A DNA stretch of 19,283 bases from Candidatus Rokuibacteriota bacterium (GCA_044866005.1 JBIOTN010000218.1:1-19283), one strand, 5' to 3'; numbered from the stretch's first letter, positions 11,342 to 19,172 are shown. Notes: generated from the sequence alone by a model not told the origin. Program-made: numbers and translations.

Positions 11342-12806
11342 CGCGGAGCCGTCCGAGTCGCGCCTCGTCCGGCGCCTCGACGTAGAGCCGGGCCACCGGC
11401 TCCGTGCCGGACGCGCGGACGAGCACCCAGGAGGCGTCCTCGAAGTGGAGCTTCACCCCGTCGGTCGTCTGGACCCGGACGACCGGCGCGTCGCCCAGCG
11501 AGCGCGGCGGGGCCGCGAGCCGCTCCGGCAGCGCGCGCCGGACCGACTCCGAGAGCGGGACGTTCACGCGGGTGGAGGAGAGGCGACCGACTTCCTCGAA
11601 GAGCCGCTCGAGCAGCGGGCCGAGCCCGACCCCCTCCACCGCCGTGAGCTCGGCGACGAGCAGGTCGGCGAGGATCCCGTCCTTTTCCGGCGGGTGACCG
11701 CGCAGGCTCATGCCGCCGGACTCTTCGCCGCCGAAGAAGGCGGCGCCCTGCGTGATCAGCTCGCCGACGTACTTGAAGCCGACCGGGGTCTCGTGGAGCT
11801 GGCAGCCGTAGCTCGCGGCCAGCCGGTCCAGGAGGTGGGTCGTGGCCACGCTCCGGCAGACGCCGCCGCGCCAGCCGCGGTGGCGCAGGAGGTGGCGCAG
11901 GACGAGGGCGAGGATCGGGTTCGGCGGGACCACCGTCCCGTCGCGATCCACGACGCCGAAGCGATCGCCGTCGCCATCGGTGGCGAGGCCGAGGTGGGCG
12001 CCGCGCTCCCGCACGGCGGCGATCAGCGGCCCGAGGTATTCCTCGACCGGCTCCGGGGGGTGGCCGCCGAACGTCACGTCGCGTTCCCCGTGGAGCAGCG
12101 TGACCTCGGCTCCCGCCTCCGCCAGCAGGCGGTCCAGGTAGCCGCGGGCCGGCCCGTGCATCACGTCCACGACGACGCGGAGCCGGGCCCGGCCGATGGC
12201 CGGGAGGTCGATCATCTCGTGGCAGTGCGCGAGGTAGTCCGGCGCGAAGTCGGCATCCTCGACGAGCCCCCGCTCCCGCGCCTCGCCGAGGGCGAGCCAC
12301 TTCGGAGCCGTGATCCGGGCCACGCGCGCCTCGATGGCGCGCGTGACCTCGGGGAGGGCCGGCGCCCCCGTCGGCCCGGCGAGCTTCAGGCCGTTGTCCT
12401 CGGGCGGGTTGTGGCTCGCGGTCACCGTGAGGCCCGCGGCGGCCCCCCGCCGCCCCACGGCGTGCGCCACCACCGGGGTGGGGACGGCGTGACCGGAGAG
12501 CAGGCTGGGGATGCCGTACGCCGCCAGCGTCCCCGCCACCGCCTCGGCGAACTCCTCGGAGAGGAACCGGGTGTCGTAGCCCACGACCACGGGTCGGCCG
12601 CCGCTGCCCGACTCCGCGAGCTGCTCGGCGACCGCGGCGGTGAGGCGGCGCACGTTGCCGAACGTGAACTCGGCGCCGATGCGCGCGCGCCACCCGGACG
12701 TGCCGAACCGGATGGGGTCGGGGGACGGCGGCGAGGGGGCTGCCGGCGCCCGTTCCCGGCGGCCGGCGGCGCGGCCGGCCCCGGCGCGCGCCTCAGCGTC
12801 GCTCAT
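11313..12806 (-). CDS. Phosphoglucomutase/phosphomannomutase family protein (intact active site)
   Basis: IRFGTSGWR, phosphoserine loop TASHNP, metal loop DGDGDR, sugar loop GEESGG, phosphate loop RASGTEP. Start inferred at ATG 12806, overlapping the upstream gene end by 14 nt, not 13085. Confidence 0.94.
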   Translation of the reverse strand: MSDAEARAGAGRAAGRRERAPAAPSPPSPDPIRFGTSGWRARIGAEFTFGNVRRLTAAVAEQLAESGSGGRPVVVGYDTRFLSEEFAEAVAGTLAAYGIPSLLSGHAVPTPVVAHAVGRRGAAAGLTVTASHNPPEDNGLKLAGPTGAPALPEVTRAIEARVARITAPKWLALGEARERGLVEDADFAPDYLAHCHEMIDLPAIGRARLRVVVDVMHGPARGYLDRLLAEAGAEVTLLHGERDVTFGGHPPEPVEEYLGPLIAAVRERGAHLGLATDGDGDRFGVVDRDGTVVPPNPILALVLRHLLRHRGWRGGVCRSVATTHLLDRLAASYGCQLHETPVGFKYVGELITQGAAFFGGEESGGMSLRGHPPEKDGILADLLVAELTAVEGVGLGPLLERLFEEVGRLSSTRVNVPLSESVRRALPERLAAPPRSLGDAPVVRVQTTDGVKLHFEDASWVLVRASGTEPVARLYVEAPDEARLGRLRDAAGAHFFA

Positions 12807-15300
12807 TGCGCCAGCCGGCGATGAGCGCCTTGTACCGGTTCGCCAGCTCCTGCGCGCGGGCGCGGGTCCCGGCCTCGGCGATGACGTGGAAGAGCGCGCG
12901 GTCGGGGTCGGGGATCGCGGCGATCCAGTCCTCCCCGAACCGGACCCGGACGCCGTCCACGAGCTCGATGGTCTCGTCCCGCGTGAGCTCGAGCAACCGC
13001 CGCATGATCGTGCCCTTGCGCTCGTTCGGGCAGGGCACGTGCTCCCGGACGATGTGACTGGCGGGCACCGTCCGGGCCAGGGCATGGAGACGCACGTCGA
13101 GCCGCGCCATCATCTCCAGGAGCTTCACGGTCGCCAGCATCCCGTCGAATGCCGGCTGGAAGCCGGGGAAGATGAAGCCGCCCTGCTCTTCGCCCACGAA
13201 CACGATGCCGGGCTGCGCGGCTTGCTCCGTCAACGCGCGGGGGCTGGCGCGCGTGTGGAGGAGCTTGAAGCCGTGCTCGGCCGTGAGCCGCTCCAGGACA
13301 CGCGGCGCGGTCACGGGAACGGCGATCGTGCCGCGGTCGTGGGTCTGCATCGCGAGCAGCGCGACGAGGGCGAGCGCGAGCTCGCCGGGAACGATCTCGC
13401 CCTTCTCGTCGACGAGGAACACCTTCTCGCCGCCGGTGTCGAGCAGGACGCCGAGGTCCGCCCCCAGCGTCCGGACGATGTTGGAGAGCTGGTCGAGCGA
13501 CCGGCGGAACTCCTCGGCGGTCTTGGCGATGCGGGTCTCGTCGAGATAGGCGTTGAGCGAGATCACCTCCACGCCCAGCTCACCGAGCACCGAGGGGAAG
13601 ATCGCCGACGCGGACCCGAACGCGTAATCGAGGACCATGCGGAAGCGCCCGGCCCGGATCGCGTCGCGGTCCGCGAAGCGGAGCAGGCCGTCGCGGTACC
13701 GGTCCGTCCCCTGGTGCGGGAAGGAGAGCGTGCCGATCTCCGCCATGGGCGCCCGCTGGAAGTCCTCGCGGAAGAACAGCCGCTCGACGGACTTCTCCCG
13801 ATCCGGCGCCAGGTCCATGCCCCGGTGGTCGAAGACCTTGATGTCCAGGAGTTCGGGGTCGTACGGGGACTTGCGGACGTGCACGCCGCCGGAGAGCCCG
13901 AGCGCCCGGACCTGGTAGCGCACGACGGGGATGGGCCCGATGCCGAGGTCCTGCACGTCCACGCCCACCGAGAGCAGGCCGGCCATCAGCGCCCGGTTGA
14001 TCATCCGGGACACCCGGTGGTGGTCGCGGCTCGTGATCACCGTGCGCCGGCGCCCCAGGGCCGCCCCCAGCGCGGCGCCGACCTTGGAGGCGAACTCGGG
14101 CGAGATCTCGATGTTGGCGAGCCCGGTGATCCCGTAGCGCCCGAAGAGGTGGCGCGTCCACCGCTCGCCCCAGACCAGGCTCACGGCGAGCGTGGCGCCG
14201 TCCTCCACCTCCTTGGAGGGCCACACCTTCACGTTGGCGTGGATGACCGCCTCGGCGCCGACCCGGCAGCCGTCGCTGATGACCGCCCCCTCCTGCACCG
14301 TGGCGTGGGCACGGACGATCGCCTGCCGGCCGATGATGCACTCCTTCAGGACGGCCCGCGGCCCGATCTCGGCCCCCTCCCACACCACGCAGCCGTCGAG
14401 GATCGCGCCTTCCCCGATCGTCACCCGCGGGCCGATGACCGACCGGGCGATCCGCGCGTTGGGCTCGACGCGCGCGTCGCGGCCGATGATGACCGCTCCC
14501 GTGAGGTGCGCCGTGAAGTCGACACGCGCCCCCTCGTCCAGCCAGATGTCGCGATCCACTCCCGCGAGGCGCCGGCCCGGCGGCGTCACGCGGACGCGCC
14601 CGTGGAGCAGGTCGAGGTGGGCGAGCCGGTACTCCAGGAGATCCCCCACGTCGCGCCAGTAGCCGTCGGCGACGTGACCGCCCAGGACCCGCCCCTCGCG
14701 GAGCAGGGCCGGGAAGAGGTCCTTGCCGAAGTCGTACTCGCGCCCCGGGGGAATCGCCGCGAGCACGGACGGCTCGAGGAGGTAGATCCCCGTGTTGATC
14801 GTGTCGCTGAAGACCTCCCCCCAGCTCGGCTTCTCCAGGAAGCGGGTGATCCGTCCCGACTCGTCCGAGATGACGATCCCGTACGAGAGAGGGTTCTCCA
14901 CCCGCGTCAGCACCATGGTCGCCTCGGCCTTGGCGCGCTCGTGGAACCGGACGGCCGCGCCGAGGTCGAAGTCGGTCAGGATGTCGCCGGAGACGACGAG
15001 GACGGCTTCCTCCAGCACCTCGGCGGCGAACCGCACCGCGCCCGCAGTGCCCAGGTCGGCGGCGGGCGTGACGTAGCGGAGGCGGACACCCCAGCGGCTT
15101 CCGTCCCCGAAGTACTGGGTGATCGCCTCCGGCAGGAAGTAGAGGAGGACGAGCACGTCGTCGAAGCCGTGCGCCCGGAGCAGCTCCACCGCATGCTCCA
15201 TGATGGGCTTGTTGCCGAGCGGCACCATCGGTTTCGGGACGTTCGCCGTGAGCGGCCGGAGCCGCGTCCCGAACCCGCCGGCCATGAGCACGGCTTTCAT
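12793..15300 (-). CDS. Sugar-phosphate nucleotidyltransferase (mannose-1-phosphate guanylyltransferase-like) with left-handed beta-helix and C-terminal phosphohexomutase-like domain
   Basis: N-terminal MAGGFGTRLRPLT..PKPMVP, LGTAG, FLEKP, INTGIY, GYWRDVG. Hexapeptide repeats (VIIGRDARVEPNARI, SVIGPRVTIGEGAIL). C-terminal mutase-like fold beginning LFGRYGITG. 835 aa. Substrate inferred from family only. Confidence 0.9.
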   Translation of the reverse strand: MKAVLMAGGFGTRLRPLTANVPKPMVPLGNKPIMEHAVELLRAHGFDDVLVLLYFLPEAITQYFGDGSRWGVRLRYVTPAADLGTAGAVRFAAEVLEEAVLVVSGDILTDFDLGAAVRFHERAKAEATMVLTRVENPLSYGIVISDESGRITRFLEKPSWGEVFSDTINTGIYLLEPSVLAAIPPGREYDFGKDLFPALLREGRVLGGHVADGYWRDVGDLLEYRLAHLDLLHGRVRVTPPGRRLAGVDRDIWLDEGARVDFTAHLTGAVIIGRDARVEPNARIARSVIGPRVTIGEGAILDGCVVWEGAEIGPRAVLKECIIGRQAIVRAHATVQEGAVISDGCRVGAEAVIHANVKVWPSKEVEDGATLAVSLVWGERWTRHLFGRYGITGLANIEISPEFASKVGAALGAALGRRRTVITSRDHHRVSRMINRALMAGLLSVGVDVQDLGIGPIPVVRYQVRALGLSGGVHVRKSPYDPELLDIKVFDHRGMDLAPDREKSVERLFFREDFQRAPMAEIGTLSFPHQGTDRYRDGLLRFADRDAIRAGRFRMVLDYAFGSASAIFPSVLGELGVEVISLNAYLDETRIAKTAEEFRRSLDQLSNIVRTLGADLGVLLDTGGEKVFLVDEKGEIVPGELALALVALLAMQTHDRGTIAVPVTAPRVLERLTAEHGFKLLHTRASPRALTEQAAQPGIVFVGEEQGGFIFPGFQPAFDGMLATVKLLEMMARLDVRLHALARTVPASHIVREHVPCPNERKGTIMRRLLELTRDETIELVDGVRVRFGEDWIAAIPDPDRALFHVIAEAGTRARAQELANRYKALIAGWRNERR

Positions 15301-15323
15301 CGCGCGCAGGGTTCCCCTCGAAG

Positions 15324-15329
15324 ATTATA
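15324..15329 (-). promoter_or_regulatory. Putative -10 box (TATAAT) for the nucleotidyltransferase-to-recN operon
   Basis: Perfect TATAAT 23 nt upstream of the ATG at 15300 in very GC-rich DNA, followed by GAGGGG. No recognisable -35. Confidence 0.6.
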
Positions 15330-15370
15330 GCGCCCGCGGTCGCCACCCTGCCCCGGATGCTGCCCCCGGC

Positions 15371-15434
15371 GGGAGGCAGGCCCGAGCCCGTCGCGCCCCA
15401 GCGACCGGTCGGGCTTCCCCGGGAGGGCCGTCGG
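15371..15434. repeat. Intergenic motif, copy 1 (shared with 19237-19274)
   Basis: Exact 15-mer GGGAGGCAGGCCCGA (15371-15385), then a hairpin-forming insert, then CTTC and GGAGGGCCGnCGG (15422-15434), in the same order as the second copy. Confidence 0.6.
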
Positions 15435-15450
15435 CCCCCCGCGGGGTGTC

Positions 15451-15518
15451 GCGGCTCGAGCGCCGCAGGGGCGAAGAGACGCGACGGGGAGCTGGAAGGG
15501 GGGTGACGCCCCCTCCGA
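15451..15518 (-). repeat. REP-like palindromic element downstream of the rhomboid gene
   Basis: Minus strand TCGGAGGGGGC-GTCA-CCCCCCTTCCAG-CTCCC...CGGCGCTCGAGC, colinear with the plus-strand element at 16277-16364. Confidence 0.65.
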
Positions 15519-15520
15519 GC

Positions 15521-16264
15521 TCAGTAACGCCGGTACGCGATCCGCGGGCGCTGGCGAAAGACGTTGACCAGGGCCATGCCGGCGACGAAGCCGCCGATGT
15601 GGGCCAGGAACGCCACCCCGCCCGGCTCGCCGCTGCCGAACGTGAGGATGCTGTTCAGCACCTGGAGGACGATCCAGAAGCCCAGGACGACCAGCGCCGG
15701 GATCGGGACGAGCCGCCAGAAGAACCCGAAGATGACCAGGGTCCAGACGCGCGCGCTCGGATAGAGGAGGAGGTAGGCGCCCAGCGTCCCCGAGACCGCG
15801 CCGCTGGCGCCGATCATGGGGACCGAGGAGGCGGGATCGCTCAGGTACTGGGCCCCGGCCGCCGCCACGCCACACAGGAGGTAGAAGGCGAGGAAGCGGC
15901 CCTTCCCCATGACGTCCTCGACGTTGTTCCCGAAGATCCACAGGTAGAGCATGTTGCCGCCGACGTGGAGGAGGCCGCCGTGGACGAACATCGAGCTCAG
16001 GATGGTGAGCCACGGGCTCGGGGCGCCGGCCAGCGCCGTGGCGAGCCGCGTCGGGCACGCCGCGCTCAGCCGGCACGGGATCAGGCCGAACTCGTAGACG
16101 AAGGCCTCGTAGGCGCGCTCGGCGGCGAGGGCGGCCTGCCGCGAGGGCTGCGCCGGGAAGCCGAGGAAGAACTCGTAGAGGTAGACGAGCACGTTGACCG
16201 CGATGATGGCGACCGTGATGAGCGGGAACGAGCGGGTCGGGACATCGTCCTTGATGGGAATCAC
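15521..16264 (-). CDS. Rhomboid family intramembrane serine protease
   Basis: MIPIKDD N-terminus, SMFVHGGLLHVGGNMLYLWIFGNNVED, catalytic GASG and AHIGG, several transmembrane helices. GTG start with AGGA 5 nt upstream. Confidence 0.96.
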   Translation of the reverse strand: MIPIKDDVPTRSFPLITVAIIAVNVLVYLYEFFLGFPAQPSRQAALAAERAYEAFVYEFGLIPCRLSAACPTRLATALAGAPSPWLTILSSMFVHGGLLHVGGNMLYLWIFGNNVEDVMGKGRFLAFYLLCGVAAAGAQYLSDPASSVPMIGASGAVSGTLGAYLLLYPSARVWTLVIFGFFWRLVPIPALVVLGFWIVLQVLNSILTFGSGEPGGVAFLAHIGGFVAGMALVNVFRQRPRIAYRRY

Positions 16265-16276
16265 GGATGTCCTATT

Positions 16277-16364
16277 TCGGAGGGGGCCTCGACGGCCCCC
16301 TCCGATATCTCCCTCCCTATCGGGTGGGTGGGTGCGATCGCCGGCAGAGCCGGCGCTCGGAGCG
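16277..16364 (+). repeat. REP-like bipartite palindromic element upstream of the rhomboid gene
   Basis: Perfect 12-bp stem TCGGAGGGGGCC-TCGAC-GGCCCCCTCCGA (16277-16305), a CTCCC tract, a second hairpin CGCCGGC-AGA-GCCGGCG (16339-16355), then CTCGGAGCG. Confidence 0.72.
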
Positions 16365-16454
16365 CTTCGCCCATGGCGGTCGGCACGACAGGGCGGTCAG
16401 CGGCCTCTTCGGGCTTTTGTCGGGCTTGGGTGGGACTATTCGTCGGTCGTCCTG

Positions 16455-17765
16455 CTAGCTCGGGCCGACGGTCACGACGGCCGGCTCGACGAGGTACCGT
16501 CGCGCGACGCGCTGGAGGTCGGCCGCCGTCACGGCCTCGATCGCCCCGGGGTAGCGGCCGACGTACCCGTAGCCCAGGCCGATCAGCTCGAAGAAGCCGA
16601 GGTAGAAGCTCTGGCGCGCGTTGGTGCGAAGGTCGAGCGCGAACGATCCCGTGACGAGGGCCTTCGCCCGCTCGAGCTCGTCCTCCGTCACCGGCTCGTC
16701 ACGCAGCCGCGCGAGCTGGCGCGTGATGTCGGCCTCCGCCCGCCCCACGTTCGCAGGCGCCGTGCCGATGTGGACCACCAGCCGGCTCGTCTCGCCCCGC
16801 GTCGGGTAAAAGGAGCCCACGGCGTAGGCCAGGCCGGCCTCGTCCCGCAGCGCTCGGAACAACCGGCTCGACATGCCGCCGCCCAGGACCGCGTTCAGCA
16901 CCTTGAGGGGGGCGTAGTCCGCCTGGGCCGCGGGCGGCGCCAGGAACCCGACCAGGAGCTGGGCCTGCTGGGTGGCCCGGGCCTCGCCGCCGCGCGGCGC
17001 CACGCGCTCGGTCGGCGGCGGGACGACGGACGGGCCCCCGGGCCCACGCTCGAGGCCGCCGAACACCCGCGTGACCGCCTCCACCGTCTCGGCGGCGGCG
17101 AGCTGGCCGGAGACGGCGAGGACCATGCGCTCGGGCCGGTAGAACGTCTCGAAGTGGCGCCACAGCTCCTCGCGCCTGAGCCGGCGTACGGTGGCGAGCT
17201 CGCCGGCCGTGGGCAGCCCGAAGGGGTGGAGGCCGTAGAGCGCCCGGTTGAGCAGGCGGTTGGCGACCTGGAAGGGCTGGTCCTCCAGCCCGCGGATCTG
17301 CGCCAGCAGGGTCGCCCGCTCGCGCTCGACCTCCTCGACGGCCAGCGTGGGCGCGGTGGCCACCTCGTGGAGCAGCGCGAGCAGCGTCCGCCAGGCCCTG
17401 GCCAGCCCTCGCGCGCGCAGCTCCGAGTACTCCTGATCGGTCGCGCTCTCGAGCGCGCCGCCCGCATCCTCGGCCGCCTGCGCCAGCTCGAGCGCGGTCC
17501 GGCTCCGCGTCCCCTTCAGGAGGGTGCGCCCGAGGAGCGCGGTGAGCCCGCTGGTCTCGGCGGTGTCGTGGCGCGAGCCCACGCGCACGAAGAGCGTCAT
17601 GGCGACGACCGGCGCCGCCGGGTTCTCCTGGACGACGACCGTGAAGCCGTTGGGAAGCCGGGCCTGGATCACCGGACCGGCCGCCCACGCTCCGGTCGCG
17701 CCGACGATCGCCACGCCGAGACTCCCCAGACCGATCGCGCCGAGACCGGCTCGCCGAACCGTCAC
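16455..17765 (-). CDS. M16 family (pitrilysin-like) peptidase, non-catalytic subunit, with signal peptide
   Basis: C-terminal half of ORF 16455..19172 with RLPNGFTVVV, VRVGSRHD, LLKGT, VLGGGMSSRLFRALRDEAGLAY and IEAVTAADLQRVARRYL. HxxEH is replaced by ALLGR. Start inferred at GTG 17765, overlapping the upstream stop as GTGA. N-terminal signal ends AWA. About 436 aa. Confidence 0.92.
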   Translation of the reverse strand: MTVRRAGLGAIGLGSLGVAIVGATGAWAAGPVIQARLPNGFTVVVQENPAAPVVAMTLFVRVGSRHDTAETSGLTALLGRTLLKGTRSRTALELAQAAEDAGGALESATDQEYSELRARGLARAWRTLLALLHEVATAPTLAVEEVERERATLLAQIRGLEDQPFQVANRLLNRALYGLHPFGLPTAGELATVRRLRREELWRHFETFYRPERMVLAVSGQLAAAETVEAVTRVFGGLERGPGGPSVVPPPTERVAPRGGEARATQQAQLLVGFLAPPAAQADYAPLKVLNAVLGGGMSSRLFRALRDEAGLAYAVGSFYPTRGETSRLVVHIGTAPANVGRAEADITRQLARLRDEPVTEDELERAKALVTGSFALDLRTNARQSFYLGFFELIGLGYGYVGRYPGAIEAVTAADLQRVARRYLVEPAVVTVGPS

Positions 17766-19111
17766 GGCTCGCCGTTCTTCGGGGCGAGCGCCGCCATCGT
17801 GAAGCGATCCGGCGGCAGGTAGCGGCGCGCCGCCTCGCGGATCTGCTCCCGCGTCACCTTTCGGACCTCCTCGAGATAGGTGAGCTCGAAGTCGAGCGTC
17901 CACACGCTCTCCGCGAGCCCGTAGGCATAGGCGAGCCCCTCCGCCGTCTCGTGGCCGAAGGCGTAGCCGGCCTCGACCGCGGTCAGGGCGCGGGCGTGCT
18001 CGGCCTCGCTGACGAGGCTCGTGCGGAGCCGCTCGATCTCCTCGAGCAGCGCCGCCTCCACCGCGTGTCTCTGCGCGGCGGTCGTCCGGGCCGTCACCGT
18101 GATGGTGCCGGCGTCGCGCTGCGGGTAGAAGCTGGCCCCGATGCTGGAGACGAGTCCCCGACTCTCCTTGAGTGTCTGGTTGAGCCGCGAGGCGCGGCCC
18201 CGCCCGAGGATGGAGGTGAGGAGATCGACCGCGTAGACGTCGGCCTGGGGGACCGTGGGCCCGCGCCACGACACGCCGAGGTAGGCCTGCTGGAGCGGCC
18301 GCGGCTCCTCGACGCGCCGCACGCTGCCGAGCTCGGGAGGCGCCTGGCCCGCCGCGGCCGGCGCCGGCCCCGCCTCCCACGCGCCGAACGCCGCGCGGAT
18401 CCGCGCCAGCGCGCGCGTGCGATCCGCGTTCCCGACGACCACGAGCACGGCGCTCCGTGGCACGTAGTGGCGCCGGTAGTACGCGACGATGGCCTGGCGG
18501 TCGGCCGCGCGGATGCTCTCCGGCGTCCCCAGCACCGGCCGCCCGTACGGGTGCCCCGCGAAGTGGTGGCGCGCGAGGAACCGGAAGAGGTAGGAGCCGG
18601 GGCTGTCCTGGGAGCGCCGGATCTCCTCCAGGACCACCAGCCGCTCGCGCTCGAGCTCGCCCGGGTCGAACGAGGCGTGCATGGCCGCGTCCGCCGCCAC
18701 GTCGAGCGCCGTGTCGAGGTGCCGCGCGGGCAGGACGATGTGGTAGTAGGTGAAGTCGTGCGATGTGGCCGCGTTGATCTCGCCGCCCAGCCCCGAGATC
18801 GTGCGGTCGATGACGCCCGGTCCCCGGGTCGGGGTCCCCTTGAAGAGCAGGTGCTCGATGAAGTGCGAGAAGCCCGACTCCGCGTCGGTCTCGTTTCGCG
18901 CGCCGACCCGCATCCAGAGCTGCACCGCGGCGACGTCCGCGGCCTGGTGGTCCTTGAGGATGACGGTGACGCCGTTGTCGAGCCGGTGCCGCGCGGGCGC
19001 GTCGCGCGTCGCGGCGGGACGGGTGGCGGCGATCATCGCGCAGCCGCCGATCGCCAGCGTGACCGCCGCGAGCGCAACGAGCAGGAACCGGATGGCGAAG
19101 CCGATCGACAC
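17762..19111 (-). CDS. M16 family zinc peptidase, catalytic subunit, probable lipoprotein
   Basis: RLDNGVTVIL, inverted zincin motif HFIEH followed by LLFKGT, INAATSHDFTYY, downstream ERLVVLEE and HPYGRPVLGT. N-terminal hydrophobic stretch ends in lipobox-like IGGC. Confidence 0.94.
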   Translation of the reverse strand: MSIGFAIRFLLVALAAVTLAIGGCAMIAATRPAATRDAPARHRLDNGVTVILKDHQAADVAAVQLWMRVGARNETDAESGFSHFIEHLLFKGTPTRGPGVIDRTISGLGGEINAATSHDFTYYHIVLPARHLDTALDVAADAAMHASFDPGELERERLVVLEEIRRSQDSPGSYLFRFLARHHFAGHPYGRPVLGTPESIRAADRQAIVAYYRRHYVPRSAVLVVVGNADRTRALARIRAAFGAWEAGPAPAAAGQAPPELGSVRRVEEPRPLQQAYLGVSWRGPTVPQADVYAVDLLTSILGRGRASRLNQTLKESRGLVSSIGASFYPQRDAGTITVTARTTAAQRHAVEAALLEEIERLRTSLVSEAEHARALTAVEAGYAFGHETAEGLAYAYGLAESVWTLDFELTYLEEVRKVTREQIREAARRYLPPDRFTMAALAPKNGEP

Positions 19112-19142
19112 GCCTCCACGAGTCGCACGGATGGCGACTCCG

Positions 19143-19172
19143 AGCGTAACAGAACGCTCGCGACCCGCGCAA
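19143..19172 (-). promoter_or_regulatory. Putative sigma70 promoter for the M16 peptidase pair
   Basis: Minus strand TTGCGC (19172-19167), 18-nt spacer, TG-extended TACGCT (19148-19143), overlapped by an inverted repeat at 19141-19160. Confidence 0.5.

Noticed and set aside
12807..13085. N-terminal extension of the mutase ORF to 13085
   Set aside because: It overlaps the upstream gene's coding region in another frame and looks non-protein-like. ATG 12806 fits better.
15330..16450. Composite transposon or integron cassette around the rhomboid gene
   Set aside because: No transposase or integrase, no target-site duplication or attC core sites identified, and no composition shift. Only the repeat observation is retained.
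16455..19172. 905-aa ORF suggesting one fused two-domain M16 protein or a frameshift
   Set aside because: Its N-terminal half is out-of-frame Arg/Gly/Pro-rich sequence over the catalytic gene. The GTGA overlap at 17762-17765 and a separate signal peptide support two genes.
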